The notes under the pieces: generated by a model
Database searches by the model: none
What the model was told of the DNA's origin: nothing
Seen by the model: the letters and a program-made list of their open reading frames with translations, nothing else
Shown: positions 1 through 9,958 of the stretch, one piece after another
How positions within the stretch are numbered: the stretch's first letter is position 1
Layout: the number at the start of each line of letters is the position of its first letter
Assembly: GCA_040752415.1 (NCBI GenBank)
Contig: JBFMGU010000091.1
Location: 1 to 37,404, forward strand
Direction of reading: 5' to 3'
Source: Myxococcota bacterium
GTDB taxonomy: Bacteria; Myxococcota; JACRCW01
Length of the DNA: 37,404 nt
Translations under genes and position numbers: made by a program

Positions 1-2
1 AC

Positions 3-3000
3 AGCGATGACGACGGTCGCACCGACGCGGAGGAGGTGGCCGCTGGAAACCCCACGGCGTACGACCCGGGCGTCGACACCGACCCGAACAACCCCGACAG
101 CGATGGGGGTGGCGTCAATGATGGCGACGAGATCCTGCGCGGCACCGACCCGCTGGACGGCCAGGACGACGACCTGCTGGGCGACCCCGACGGTGACGGC
201 GTCAGCACGGGTGACGAGCTGGTCGCCCACACCGACCCGCTGAACCCGGACTCCGACGGCGACGGCCTCAATGACGGACAGGAGGCCGCGCTCGGCACCG
301 ACCCGCTGGACAACGACAGCGACGGGGACACGCTGCTGGACGGCCAGGAGGAGACGCTGGGCACCGACCCGCTGAACGCCGACAGCGACGGAGGCGGGCT
401 CAACGACGGCCAGGAGGTGGCCCAGGGCACCAACCCCATCGACCCTCGCGACGACGATCCCACGCGCGACCCCGACGGCGACGGCCTGGTCACCAGCGAG
501 GAGATCCTGCTGGGCACCGACGCGCTGAACCCGGACACCGACGGTGACGGCCTCAATGATCGCGAGGAGATCTCCGCCGGAGACCCCAATGCGTACGAGC
601 CGGGTGTCGACACCGACCCCAGCAACGCGGACTCCGACGGCGGTGGCGCGGATGACGGCGACGAGATTGCCCGCGGCACCGACCCGCTGGATGTCCGCGA
701 CGACGATCTCAGCGCCGACCCCGATGGCGACGGGCTGACCACGGGCGAGGAGCTCACGTTCGGCAGCGACCCGCTCGTGGCGGACGCGGATGGCGACGGT
801 CTGGACGACAGCGGTGAGCAAGCGGCGGGCACGCTGCCCGACGATCGGGACACCGACGACGACGGGCTGTCTGACGGGGTCGAGGTCAGCCTGGGGCTCA
901 ACCCGCTGGATCCCAGCGACGGCGCGCTCTCCGGTGATCAGGACGGCGACGGCCTCACCGGGCTGCAGGAGCTTGCGCTCGGCACCAATCCCGTCGTGGC
1001 GGACACCGACGGCGACGGCATTGACGACGGCACCGAGGTGGCCGGCGGCACCGGCAGCACCACCTATGAGCCGGGGGCGGACACCGACCCGCGCAACGCG
1101 GACTCCGACGGCGGTGGCTCTTCCGACGGCGAGGAGGTCTCCGCGGGGACCAATCCGCTGGATTCCAGCGACGACACGCCCCCGGGCGGCACCGGCAACG
1201 CGGACCCCGACGGTGATGGTCTGACCAACGACGAGGAAGCCGCGCTGGGAACCGACCCCGGCCTCCGCGACTCCGACGGGGACGGTCTGTCCGACGGGGA
1301 AGAGGTGACCCTGGGCTCCAACCCGCTGGACGCCGACTCCGACAACGGCGGCGCGTCCGATGGCGACGAGGCCGCGGCGGGCACCAACCCCAATGACCCC
1401 ACCGACGACGTTCCGCCCCCGGGCGGCGTGGGCTCGTCCGACGCGGACCACGACGGTCTCACCTACGACGAGGAAAACGCTCGCGGCACGCTGCCGGATG
1501 ACCCGGACACCGACAACGACGGGCTCACCGATGGCCAGGAGGTCCTGCTCGGCACCAACCCGCTGAACCCCGACTCCGACGGTGATGGTGTCTCCGACGG
1601 CGACGAGCTCCAGGCGGGCACCAACCCCACGAACCCCGACTCCGACGACGACGGTCTCACCGACGGCGAGGAGGCGCAGCTTGGGACCGATCCGCTGGCG
1701 GACGACACCGACGGGGACGGGGTGTCCGACGGCGACGAAGTGGCGGCGGGCCTGGATCCCACCGACCCCACCGACGGCTGGCTCGCGCGTGACGACGACG
1801 GCGATGGTCTCAGCGGCGCGCAGGAGCAGGTGCTGGGGACGGACGCCGACGCCGCGGACAGCGACGGCGACGGCCTCTCCGACGGTGCCGAGGTGGGCGG
1901 TGACGGCGTCTACAACCCCGGCGTGGACAGCGACCCCACGCGCGCGGATTCCGACGGCGGTGGCCTCTCCGACGGAGAGGAAGTCGCGATTGGTGGCAAC
2001 CCGCTGGACCCCTCCGACGACGGCCTGTCCGCCGACGAGCTGGCCAACGCCGACCCCGACGGAGACGGCCTGTCCAACGCGGAGGAGACCGCGGCGGGAA
2101 CCAACCCGGACAGCCCGGATACCGATGGGGACGGCCTCTCCGACGGAGACGAGGTCAGCCAGGGCAGCAACCCGCTCGACGCGGACTCGGATGACGGCGG
2201 GCTGGCCGACGGCGCGGACGCAAATCCGAATGATCCCACCGACGACGGCATTCCCGCGGAGCAGATTGGCGCGCAGGATCCTGACGGTGACAACGTCTCC
2301 ACCAGCGACGAGCTGGCCGCCGGCACCAACCCCAACCTCGCTGACAGCGACGGAGACGGGGTGCGCGACGACGTGGAGCTGGTCCGCGGTACCGACCCGT
2401 CCAATCCCGACGCCGACAACGACGGCCTGAGCGACGGACAGGAGTGGACGCTGGGCACCGACCCCGGGCTCAGGGACACCGACGGAGACGGTCTCTCCGA
2501 CGACGTTGAGGTCCAGGGTGGCGTTCCGGGGGTGTACGAGCCGGGCGTCGACACGGACCCGCTGGTGCGGGACTCCGACGGCGACGGCCTCGACGACGGC
2601 GAGGAAGCGCAACTGGGCACCAACCCCAACGACGAGGACTCCGACAACGACGGGCTGCGGGACGATGAGGAGGTCAACGTCATCGGCTCCAACCCGAACA
2701 ACCGGGACTCCGACAACGACGGCCTTGACGACGCCACCGAGGTTGGCCTGGGTACCGACCCCACCCTCCAGGACAGCGACGGGGACGGCATCAACGACGA
2801 CGACGAGATCGCGCAGGGAGACCCCAACGCGTACGACCCGGACGTGGACCTCAACCCGACCGACCGCGACAGCGACAATGACCGCGTGGAGGACGGTGTC
2901 GAGATTGCCTCCGACCTGAACCCGCTGAATCCCGACACCGATGGTGATGACGTCGAAGACGGAGATGAGCTCGACGCCGGCCTGGACCCGACCGATCCCT

Positions 3001-3745
3001 CCGACGGCTGGCTCGTGCTGGACGCCGACGGCGACGGGCTCACGGGCGCGCAGGAGCTGGCGCTGGGCACGGACTGGACCGTGGCGGATACCGACGGAGA
3101 CGGCCTCAATGACGGCACCGAGGTCCAGGGTGGCACGCCTGGCGTGTATGACCCGGGTGTCGATACCAGCCCCACCAGCGCGGACACCGACCGCGGCGGC
3201 GCTTCCGACGGTGTGGAGCAGAACAATGGAACCAACGGCAGCAGCGCGGGCGACGACGGAGCCGGTTCTTCCGACGTGGACGGCGACGGGCTGACCACCG
3301 ACCAGGAGCTGGCCGCCGGCACCAACCCCTACACCCGCGACTCCGATGGAGACGGCCTCTCCGACGGCGACGAGCTTGGTCGTGGTACCAACCCGCTGGA
3401 CGCCGACAGTGACAACAACGGCCGCGGCGACGGCGACGAGGTCCAGGCCGGCACCAATCCGCTGGACGGCAGCGACGACGGCATTCCCGCCAACCAGGTT
3501 GGCGCACAGGACCCGGACCGTGACGGCCTGACCACCGACGAGGAAAACACGCTGGGCACCAACCCCAACCTGCGCGACAGCGACGGCGACGGCGTCACCG
3601 ATTGGCAGGAGCTCGCCGACGGAACCCCGGGGGTTCGCGACGGGAGCGACACCGATCCCACCAACGTCGACAGCGACGGTGGCGGCGTCAGCGACGGCCG
3701 CGAGCGCGAGCTGGGGACCAATCCGCTGGACGGTTCCGACGACGT
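3..3745 (+). repeat. Intragenic array of degenerate ~22-aa DxDxDG Ca-binding repeats with higher-order duplications
   Basis: [16 protein letters not shown] units recur throughout. Block similarity is visible at an offset of 534 nt (YDPGVDTDP at 60 vs YEPGVDTDP at 594) and ~1230 nt ([11 protein letters not shown] at 1752 vs [11 protein letters not shown] at 2982). Confidence 0.9.
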
Positions 3746-4451
3746 CACGGGCGGATCCTCGTCGTCCAGCTCCGGAAGCGTGGGCTCCTCGACGGGTGGA
3801 ACCGGCAGCTCTTCCGGCGGAGGCAGCTCCTCCGGGACTTCCTCCAGTGGTGGCGTGGGTGGCACGTCGTCATCCAGTGGGGACGGGGGCGGGACGTCGT
3901 CGAGCAGCGGCGGTGGAGAGACGTCGTCGTCCGGCGGCGCGGGCGCGTCGTCCTCCTCCGGTGGAGCGGCCTCGTCGTCGGGCGGGGGCGAGGCAACGTC
4001 GTCTTCCTCCGGCGGGGGCGAGCCGACGTCATCCTCGTCGGGTGGGAGCAGCAGCGGGGAGGTGTCGACGTCGACGTCGAGCGGGGGCGAGACAACGTCG
4101 TCCTCGTCGGGGGGGAGCAGCAGTGGGGAGGTGTCGGCGTCGTCGTCGGGTGGGAGCAGCAGCGGTGAGGCGTCCTCGTCCGGAGGCGGGGAGTCCTCGT
4201 CGTCGTCCGGCGGGACGTCGTCCAGCAGCAGCTCCAGTGGGGATATCGTCGGGGGGACCAGCTCGTCGGGCGCGGCGGGCGGCGACAACCCCGGCGTGGA
4301 CGCCGAAGGCGGAGAAGAGGAGGGCGAGGGCGTGGGGGCCGGTGGCTGCGGCTGCGGGGCCTCGTCGCCGGTGGACCTGGCGCTGCTGCCCGTGGCGTTG
4401 CTGCTCGCGCGGTCGTGGCGTCGACGACGGGGCGAGCGCCTCACCCGGTGA
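3..4451 (+). CDS. Very large cell-surface protein (5'-truncated by the window): acidic Ca-binding repeats (bacterial TSP3-like), Ser/Gly stalk, MYXO-CTERM-like C-terminal sorting signal
   Basis: The frame is open from position 3 ([12 protein letters not shown]...), so the start at 36 is not the true start. It has dozens of D[ST]DGDGL[ST]DGxE...G[TS][ND]P units and a Ser/Gly tract. The C-terminus [31 protein letters not shown] is a GGCGC motif, a hydrophobic helix and an Arg cluster. Confidence 0.9.
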   Translation, partial: SDDDGRTDAEEVAAGNPTAYDPGVDTDPNNPDSDGGGVNDGDEILRGTDPLDGQDDDLLGDPDGDGVSTGDELVAHTDPLNPDSDGDGLNDGQEAALGTDPLDNDSDGDTLLDGQEETLGTDPLNADSDGGGLNDGQEVAQGTNPIDPRDDDPTRDPDGDGLVTSEEILLGTDALNPDTDGDGLNDREEISAGDPNAYEPGVDTDPSNADSDGGGADDGDEIARGTDPLDVRDDDLSADPDGDGLTTGEELTFGSDPLVADADGDGLDDSGEQAAGTLPDDRDTDDDGLSDGVEVSLGLNPLDPSDGALSGDQDGDGLTGLQELALGTNPVVADTDGDGIDDGTEVAGGTGSTTYEPGADTDPRNADSDGGGSSDGEEVSAGTNPLDSSDDTPPGGTGNADPDGDGLTNDEEAALGTDPGLRDSDGDGLSDGEEVTLGSNPLDADSDNGGASDGDEAAAGTNPNDPTDDVPPPGGVGSSDADHDGLTYDEENARGTLPDDPDTDNDGLTDGQEVLLGTNPLNPDSDGDGVSDGDELQAGTNPTNPDSDDDGLTDGEEAQLGTDPLADDTDGDGVSDGDEVAAGLDPTDPTDGWLARDDDGDGLSGAQEQVLGTDADAADSDGDGLSDGAEVGGDGVYNPGVDSDPTRADSDGGGLSDGEEVAIGGNPLDPSDDGLSADELANADPDGDGLSNAEETAAGTNPDSPDTDGDGLSDGDEVSQGSNPLDADSDDGGLADGADANPNDPTDDGIPAEQIGAQDPDGDNVSTSDELAAGTNPNLADSDGDGVRDDVELVRGTDPSNPDADNDGLSDGQEWTLGTDPGLRDTDGDGLSDDVEVQGGVPGVYEPGVDTDPLVRDSDGDGLDDGEEAQLGTNPNDEDSDNDGLRDDEEVNVIGSNPNNRDSDNDGLDDATEVGLGTDPTLQDSDGDGINDDDEIAQGDPNAYDPDVDLNPTDRDSDNDRVEDGVEIASDLNPLNPDTDGDDVEDGDELDAGLDPTDPSDGWLVLDADGDGLTGAQELALGTDWTVADTDGDGLNDGTEVQGGTPGVYDPGVDTSPTSADTDRGGASDGVEQNNGTNGSSAGDDGAGSSDVDGDGLTTDQELAAGTNPYTRDSDGDGLSDGDELGRGTNPLDADSDNNGRGDGDEVQAGTNPLDGSDDGIPANQVGAQDPDRDGLTTDEENTLGTNPNLRDSDGDGVTDWQELADGTPGVRDGSDTDPTNVDSDGGGVSDGRERELGTNPLDGSDDVTGGSSSSSSGSVGSSTGGTGSSSGGGSSSGTSSSGGVGGTSSSSGDGGGTSSSSGGGETSSSGGAGASSSSGGAASSSGGGEATSSSSGGGEPTSSSSGGSSSGEVSTSTSSGGETTSSSSGGSSSGEVSASSSGGSSSGEASSSGGGESSSSSGGTSSSSSSSGDIVGGTSSSGAAGGDNPGVDAEGGEEEGEGVGAGGCGCGASSPVDLALLPVALLLARSWRRRRGERLTR
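3750..4280 (+). repeat. Low-complexity Ser/Gly-rich stalk
   Basis: Repeated SSSSGG(SSSGE) units lie between the repeat array and the sorting signal. Confidence 0.85.
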
Positions 4452-5030
4452 TCACGGAGGCGGGGACGGAGGCATGCCGTCGCCGGTGCGGGGCATCACC
4501 ACCGTCATGGCCGCCTGGTAGATCTGGTAGTCCTCCGGCTTGAACAGCACGAACCGGATCTCCTCCAGCCCGCTCGCGGCCGCCGCATCCCGCACCGTCG
4601 CCATCGCCACGGGCGCCGCCAGTGCCGCGGGATAACCAAAGGCGCCCGTGCTGATGCTGGGGAACGCCACGCGTTTGAGCCCAAGCTCACGCGCCAGCTC
4701 CAGGCAGCGCTGGTAGGTCCGCGCCAACAGCTCGGGCTCACCACGGCTCCCGCCCCGCCACACCGGGCCCACCGCGTGGATCACGTGACGCGCGCGCAAC
4801 TGGCCCGCCGGCGTGGCCACCGCCTCACCCGTGGGAAGCGCGCCACGCTCCGCCACCACCGCCTTGCACGCCTCCGCCAACGTCGGCCCCGCGGCGCGGT
4901 GGATGGCGCCGTCCACGCCCCCTCCGCCCACCAGGTGGCTGTTGGCCGCGTTCACAATCGCGTCCACGTCCTGCGCCGTGATGTCGCCGCGCATCAGCCG
5001 GATCCGGGTGTTGCCAACAACCCGCTCCAT
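4452..5030 (-). CDS. ymdB: Macro-domain protein, O-acetyl-ADP-ribose deacetylase / ADP-ribosylhydrolase (YmdB/MacroD-like)
   Basis: Macro motifs GDIT, DAIVNAAN, GGGGVDGAIHRAAG, VIHAVGPVW and AFPSISTGAFGYP. Confidence 0.9.
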   Translation of the reverse strand: MERVVGNTRIRLMRGDITAQDVDAIVNAANSHLVGGGGVDGAIHRAAGPTLAEACKAVVAERGALPTGEAVATPAGQLRARHVIHAVGPVWRGGSRGEPELLARTYQRCLELARELGLKRVAFPSISTGAFGYPAALAAPVAMATVRDAAAASGLEEIRFVLFKPEDYQIYQAAMTVVMPRTGDGMPPSPPP

Positions 5031-5080
5031 GGATCCTCCGCGCTCCGGCCCTCGCCTCGAGACACGCGTCCCGTGCTGGC

Positions 5081-5109
5081 TTGACTAAGCCCACGCCCGT
5101 GGCCATACC
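5081..5109 (+). promoter_or_regulatory. Possible sigma70-type promoter for yajQ-rimO
   Basis: TTGACT (5081-5086), a 17-nt spacer and CATACC (5104-5109). The -10 match is weak. A GGAGG RBS precedes the yajQ ATG. Confidence 0.35.
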
Positions 5110-5135
5110 GGTCCCCCCTTTTCCCGGAGGGCCGA

Positions 5136-5621
5136 ATGCCTTCGTTTGACATCGTGTCGAAGTGCGACCTGCACGAGGTGGATAACGCGGTGGAGCAGGC
5201 TCGCAAGGAGATCAACCAGCGCTTTGACTTCAAGGACACGCGCACCGAGATCGAGAAGACCGCCGACGGCAGCCTCCTGCTCAAGTCCACCACCGAGGAC
5301 CGCCTGAAGGCCGCGCTCGACGTGCTGCAGACCCGCCTGGTGAAGCGCAACGTGAGCCTGAAGTTCCTGGACGTGGGCAAGCTGGAGGGCTCGGGCCAGA
5401 ACGTGCGGCAGACGCTGAAGATCAAGCAGGGCATCGCCGACGAGCCCGCCAAGAAGATCCAGCGCCTGGTGAAGGACTCCAAGATCAAGGTGCAGGCTTC
5501 CATCCAGGGCGACACCGTCCGTGTCACCGGCAAGCAGCGCGACGACCTGCAATCCGTGATGGCCCTGCTCCGAGGACAGGATCTCGGTATCGAACTCCAA
5601 TTCACCAATTTCCGTGATTGA
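5136..5621 (+). CDS. yajQ: YajQ family nucleotide/cyclic-di-GMP-binding protein
   Basis: N-terminus MPSFDIVS...EVDNAV..A.KEI.QRFDFK, internal KVQASIQGD.VRVTGK.RDDLQ, C-terminus LQFTNFRD; 161 aa. Confidence 0.95.
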   Translation: MPSFDIVSKCDLHEVDNAVEQARKEINQRFDFKDTRTEIEKTADGSLLLKSTTEDRLKAALDVLQTRLVKRNVSLKFLDVGKLEGSGQNVRQTLKIKQGIADEPAKKIQRLVKDSKIKVQASIQGDTVRVTGKQRDDLQSVMALLRGQDLGIELQFTNFRD

Positions 5622-5630
5622 GCTGTCGCT

Positions 5631-7100
5631 GTGGCCAACCTCCGCCTTCCCGTCCTCTCCTCCGCTCCACCTCTGCCCGTGCCCACCACCGCGCTCCCCG
5701 ACGGGCGCCGGCCGCGCGTGCACTTCGTCTCCCTGGGCTGCGCCCGCAACCGCGTCGACGCGGAGCACATGCTGGGCATCACGCAGGCGGATGGCTTTGA
5801 TCTCCTGCCGGAGCCGGAGGGCGCCGACGCGGTGGTGGTGAACACCTGCTCATTCATTGGCGAGGCCAAGGAGGAGTCCGTCAACGCGGTGCTGGAGTTC
5901 TGCCAGCTGAAGACGGAGGGGAAGATCAAGAGCCTGGTGGTCACCGGCTGTCTCGCGCAGCGTTACGTGGAGGAGCTGGGCACCGAGATTCCCGAGGTGG
6001 ACCATTTCCTGGGCACCAGCGACTACACCCGCATTGCCGACGTGCTGCGCAATGACCTCCAGCTGGACCGCGACGACGAGGGCCCGGCACCCGAGCGCAA
6101 CCTGGTCACCAGCGACCTGCGCTTCCTGGCCCGCTATGACCTGCCGCGCGTCAACACGCTGCACTCCGCCAGCGCGTACCTGAAGATCAGCGAGGGCTGC
6201 GACAACGACTGCGCCTTCTGCATCATCCCCAAGCTGCGCGGAAAGCAGCGCTCCCGCACCATGGATGACCTCGTGCGGGAGGCGGAGGGATTGGCGCGCA
6301 ACGGCGTCAAGGAGCTCACGCTGATTGCGGAGGACCTCACCGCGTACGGCCATGACTTGCCCGGCCGACCCAACCTGGGTGACCTGCTGCGCGCACTGGG
6401 CACGGTGAAGGACATCCGCTGGATCCGCTGCATGTACGCGTATCCCCGCACGTTCAAGGAGAACCTGGTGAGCGCGTTCACCGAGGTGCCCAACGTGCTG
6501 CCGTACATCGACATCCCGGTGCAGCACGCCAGCAACCGGATGCTGAAGGCCATGAAGCGCGGTCGCGACCAGGAACGTCTGCGCGAGATCATGCTGAACC
6601 TGCGCGCCAAGGTGCCCAACCTGGTGCTGCGCTCGACGGTGATCGTGGGGTTCCCGGGTGAGACGGAGGAGGACTTCGCGGAGCTGGTGGACTTCGTGGA
6701 GGAGCTCCGGTTCGAACGGTTGGGCTGCTTCAAGTACTCCGACGAGGAGAACACCGCGGCCATCAACCTGCCGGACCGCCTCCCCGCCAAGACCAAGCGC
6801 AGCCGCTGGGAGAAGCTGATGCGTCGGCAGCGCAAGATCAGCCGCGCGCAGCAGGAGGCGCTCATTGGCACCGTGCACGAGTGTCTCGTCGAGGGGCCCA
6901 GCCCGGAGAGCGAGCTGCTCTTGCAGGGACGGTTGTGGAGCCAGGCGCCGGAGATCGACGGAGTGACCTACATCTCCAGCCCCGAGCCGCTGAAGGTCGG
7001 TGACATCGTGAAGGTCCGCATCACGCAGGCCCATGACTACGACGTGGTGGGCGAGGTGGTGGAGGACCCTGCCACCCCGGCGTTGCCCTGGGGGCGCTGA
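5631..7100 (+). CDS. rimO: Ribosomal protein S12 methylthiotransferase RimO
   Basis: UPF0004 cysteines (SLGCARN, NTCSFI, VTGCLAQRY), radical-SAM CxxxCxxC (YLKISEGCDNDCAFCIIP) and a TRAM domain with the RimO-type APEIDG. The GTG start is uncertain. Confidence 0.93.
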   Translation: MANLRLPVLSSAPPLPVPTTALPDGRRPRVHFVSLGCARNRVDAEHMLGITQADGFDLLPEPEGADAVVVNTCSFIGEAKEESVNAVLEFCQLKTEGKIKSLVVTGCLAQRYVEELGTEIPEVDHFLGTSDYTRIADVLRNDLQLDRDDEGPAPERNLVTSDLRFLARYDLPRVNTLHSASAYLKISEGCDNDCAFCIIPKLRGKQRSRTMDDLVREAEGLARNGVKELTLIAEDLTAYGHDLPGRPNLGDLLRALGTVKDIRWIRCMYAYPRTFKENLVSAFTEVPNVLPYIDIPVQHASNRMLKAMKRGRDQERLREIMLNLRAKVPNLVLRSTVIVGFPGETEEDFAELVDFVEELRFERLGCFKYSDEENTAAINLPDRLPAKTKRSRWEKLMRRQRKISRAQQEALIGTVHECLVEGPSPESELLLQGRLWSQAPEIDGVTYISSPEPLKVGDIVKVRITQAHDYDVVGEVVEDPATPALPWGR

Positions 7101-7171
7101 GCCCTCGCCCCAAACCCTGGGTTCCCCTCGCGGCGCCACGCATCATGCCCGCATCCAGGCAAGGAGCGGAC

Positions 7172-9043
7172 ATGGGCATGGTCTCATCACGTTGGTCCAC
7201 GTTGTTCTTGGCCGCGCTCGTCGGAACGGGCTGCGTCCCCTCCACCACCGGCGGTACCGATTCCGCCACGAGCAGCAGCAGTGGTGGAGAGAGCTCTTCC
7301 AGCTCGTCCAGCAGCGCCTCGTCTTCGAGCAGCGGGAGCGTCACGACGTCGAGCTCGGGGTCCACCAGCAGCGGTTCCTCCTCGAGCAGCAGTGCGTCCA
7401 GCTCCTCCAGCAGCGGGGCTGCCTCCACGTCCAGCTCGGCTTCCGCGGCATCCTCATCCAGCAGCAGCGTGTCCAGCGCCAGTGCATCCACGACGGGAAC
7501 CAGCAGCTCGTCGAGCGGTGAGGTGGGAACCTCCACGAGCTCCAGCGGGATGCCGGGCACGTCCACGTCGTCGTCGGCCGCGTCGTCGAGCTCTGGCGGT
7601 TCGAGCACCGGCACGAGCAGTGCGTCCTCCACCGGCTCCTCGTCGAGTGGGGTGACCAGCAGCAGCGCCCTTTCCTCGTCCTCGTCCTCGTCGTCTTCGT
7701 CGTCTTCGTCATCTTCGTCATCTTCGTCATCTTCGTCGAGCGGGGGAGCGCCGACCGGGGAGTGTGCCTCACCGCTGCCGCTGGCGGATCCCGCCACGGT
7801 CAACGGCGACACCACGGGGATGCCGGTGGCGCTCGAGGGCACCTGCCAGGACGGGGGCGCCAGCGAGGTCGTCTACGTCGTCACCGTGGCGAACACCGGC
7901 ACGATGGACCTGTCGCTCGCGTCCAGCGCGGACCTGGGCATCCACATCCGCACCGCGTGCGAGAGCCAGGCTTCCGAGGTGGCGTGCCGCGACCAGGTTT
8001 TCGATGGGAACACCGAGCAACTCACCATGACTGTGACCCAGGGCCAGGTGCTGTACGTGGTCGTCGACGGATTTTCCGCGACCGACGCAGGGGCCTTCAC
8101 GCTCACCCTGGGATCGCGCGCGGTGGCGTGCGGGGATGGCGTTGTCGAGGGAACCGAGACCTGTGACCCGCCGAGCCCGGGAACGTGCAGCGCGGCATGT
8201 CAGCGCGAGCCGGAGGTCTGCGACGACACCTTGGACAACGACGGCGACAACCGCGTGGACTGTGAGGACGCGGACTGCGCCGGGCATGCCGCGTGTGACG
8301 TGTCCGCCATCTGTGCCGCATTGCCCACCACCGGTGCCAACAACTCCGGCGACACCTCGACGGGAGAGAACCACTTCCAGGGGAGCTGCGTGGGAGCCAA
8401 TCTCTCGCCGGAGGCGGCGTTCAGCTACACGCCCACGCAGACCGGGATGCTGGCCATCAGCATGCAGGCCGCTACGGACATGGGTCTCTACGTGCGCTCG
8501 ACGTGCACGGAGCCCGCCACCGAGCTTGCGTGCACCGACGGTGGGCTCGCTGGGGACCTGGAGGGAGTGCAGGTACCGGCGCAGAGCGGTGTTCCCGTGT
8601 TCATCTACGTGGACTCCTACGTGCCCGAGGAAGCCGGTCCCTTCACGTTGACGGTGATGGAGATCGCGCTGACGGAGGTGGAGCCAAACGACACCGTGCC
8701 TGCCGCGAACGCGTATGCCGACCCGTTCGTCGCGGGGATCACGCCGAGTGGCGACAAGGACTACGTGGCGGTGACAGTGCCGGGCCCGGCCTCGAGCGTG
8801 ACGGTGGATGTCCAAGGCTTCGACCCGGCGGACTGTGCGGCGTACGTGCTGGACCCCGCGGTGGAGCTCATTGCCGACGACGGCGTCACGAGCCTGGGTT
8901 TTGACGATGACAGTGGTCCCGGGTTCTGTGCGTTGTTGACCGTGACGGGCCTCGCGGCGGGAACGTATTTCATCGCCGTGAGCGCCTCGCCGGAAGACGA
9001 CACCCGCACCTTCGGCTACCGCCTGGTTCTCACGGTGCAGTAA
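7172..9043 (+). CDS. Putative lipoprotein: Ser-rich linker, PPC-like beta-sandwich domains and Myxococcus-type Cys-rich repeat
   Basis: AAGGAG RBS at 7161-7166 before ATG 7172. Signal MGMVSSRWSTLFLAALVGTG-C, then a Ser/Thr/Gly tract. Two similar modules (DLGIHIRTAC...YVVVDG; DMGLYVRSTC...FIYVDS), CGDGVVEGTETCD, EVCDDTLDNDGDNRVDCEDADC, and an EVEPND-started C-terminal domain. Confidence 0.8.
   Translation: MGMVSSRWSTLFLAALVGTGCVPSTTGGTDSATSSSSGGESSSSSSSSASSSSSGSVTTSSSGSTSSGSSSSSSASSSSSSGAASTSSSASAASSSSSSVSSASASTTGTSSSSSGEVGTSTSSSGMPGTSTSSSAASSSSGGSSTGTSSASSTGSSSSGVTSSSALSSSSSSSSSSSSSSSSSSSSSSSGGAPTGECASPLPLADPATVNGDTTGMPVALEGTCQDGGASEVVYVVTVANTGTMDLSLASSADLGIHIRTACESQASEVACRDQVFDGNTEQLTMTVTQGQVLYVVVDGFSATDAGAFTLTLGSRAVACGDGVVEGTETCDPPSPGTCSAACQREPEVCDDTLDNDGDNRVDCEDADCAGHAACDVSAICAALPTTGANNSGDTSTGENHFQGSCVGANLSPEAAFSYTPTQTGMLAISMQAATDMGLYVRSTCTEPATELACTDGGLAGDLEGVQVPAQSGVPVFIYVDSYVPEEAGPFTLTVMEIALTEVEPNDTVPAANAYADPFVAGITPSGDKDYVAVTVPGPASSVTVDVQGFDPADCAAYVLDPAVELIADDGVTSLGFDDDSGPGFCALLTVTGLAAGTYFIAVSASPEDDTRTFGYRLVLTVQ
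7688..7732 (+). repeat. 9-bp tandem repeat (TCGTC[G/A]TCT x5) inside a 23-Ser run
   Basis: TCGTCGTCT x2 then TCGTCATCT x3; the poly-Ser codons span 7673-7741. Confidence 0.85.
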
Positions 9044-9067
9044 CGGAACGTGTCGCGAGCCACTGGG

Positions 9068-9160
9068 CTCACGAAGTGCGTAAACCGCGTGAACGGCGCC
9101 CTGGAGTGCGGTGCAAAGCGGCGAAGTCGCGTGACCGGTGCAGCACCGCCCTGGATCGGC
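9068..9160 (+). repeat. Left long inverted repeat (REP-like)
   Basis: CTCACGAAGTGCG...GCCCTGGATCGGC matches the reverse complement of 9850-9941 with 6 substitutions and 1 indel. It contains GGAG followed by the palindromic arms GCGGTGC...GCACCGC. Confidence 0.92.
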
Positions 9161-9260
9161 TCACAACGGTCCCCACGGCGTCAGGATGCGCCGCGGTCGG
9201 AACGCGTGGCGCTGTTCTTCCGTGGTTCACGGGGGTACGGGGCCGCGCATGGAGGCAACC

Positions 9261-9839
9261 ATGGGCTGGCATCACGCGCCTCGCCATGTTCTCGACGCCG
9301 CGGACGCAAACATGATCACAGTAGGGACATACGGAAAGCGTCCGCACTTCCACACCGCGCGGCGGCTGGACTTCCTTCGTGACGCCGTCGTGAGGGCGTT
9401 CACCAAGGACGGCTGGGACCTGCAGGCGTGGGCGTTTTTCTCCAATCACTACCACCTTGTGGGGTTTCCACCGGGGAGCGCCACGGGTCTGCCGCGTTTG
9501 CTCAGTGGCCTGCACGCTGACATCGGAGCTGAAATCAATGCTGCGGATGGCGTCGAGGGCAGGATGGTCTTCTACGGCTACTGGGACACATGTCTGACCC
9601 ACGACACCTCGTACCTGGCTCGATTGCGCTACGTAAACTTCAATCCGGTGAAGCACGGCCTGGTCTCGGATCCGACGCGATACCCGTGGTGCTCCGCGGC
9701 GACGATCGAGAACGAGTCGCCGAAGTTCGCGGCGAAGTTGCGCACCTTCAAGCTGGATCGCATTCGTGTCCTCGACGACTACGACGTCCTGCAGGAGCCC
9801 GTGGGGCGTCACGAGCGGAACGTCGTGGCCCGTGGGTAA
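9261..9839 (+). CDS. REP-associated tyrosine transposase (RAYT; IS200/IS605 Y1 superfamily)
   Basis: GGAGG RBS at 9251-9255. Motifs ITVGT, the HUH motif AWAFFSNHYH, YWDT, and the catalytic-Tyr region RYVNFNPVKHGLV...YPWCS. Confidence 0.9.
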   Translation: MGWHHAPRHVLDAADANMITVGTYGKRPHFHTARRLDFLRDAVVRAFTKDGWDLQAWAFFSNHYHLVGFPPGSATGLPRLLSGLHADIGAEINAADGVEGRMVFYGYWDTCLTHDTSYLARLRYVNFNPVKHGLVSDPTRYPWCSAATIENESPKFAAKLRTFKLDRIRVLDDYDVLQEPVGRHERNVVARG

Positions 9840-9849
9840 ACGCCGGTCG

Positions 9850-9941
9850 GCCGATCCAGGGCGGTGCTGCACCAGTCACTCAGCTTCGCCGTTTTGCACC
9901 GCACTCCAGGGCGCCGCTCACGCGTTTACGCACTTCGTGAG
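9850..9941 (-). repeat. Right long inverted repeat (REP-like)
   Basis: Reverse-complement copy of 9068-9160, beginning 10 nt after the RAYT stop codon. Confidence 0.92.
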
Positions 9942-9958
9942 ATCGCTGCGTCCAGCGT

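Larger units (their letters stand above)
9068..9941 (+). mobile_element. REPtron-like element: Y1/HUH REP-associated tyrosine transposase flanked by long inverted repeats
   Basis: 93-bp and 92-bp inverted repeats enclose a RAYT gene. The element sits between two convergent genes and no target-site duplication is visible. Confidence 0.8.

Noticed and set aside
3..3745. Possible CRISPR-like or non-coding repeat array
   Set aside because: The repeats are degenerate at synonymous positions and keep the reading frame, so they are protein repeats. No identical repeats with unique spacers and no cas genes were seen.
1064..4444. Ser/Pro-rich and Asp/Glu/Pro-rich minus-strand ORFs (e.g. 1910-3325, 3329-4444)
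   Set aside because: They are mirror translations of the Asp/Gly and Ser/Gly repeats of the + strand gene.
4452..5030. Macro domain as an antitoxin of a DarTG-like or other ADP-ribosylating system
   Set aside because: No ADP-ribosyltransferase gene is adjacent and the protein looks like a stand-alone YmdB/MacroD.
9044..9958. Classical DDE insertion sequence with terminal inverted repeats and target duplication
   Set aside because: The enzyme is an HUH/Y1 type and no flanking direct repeat is visible.
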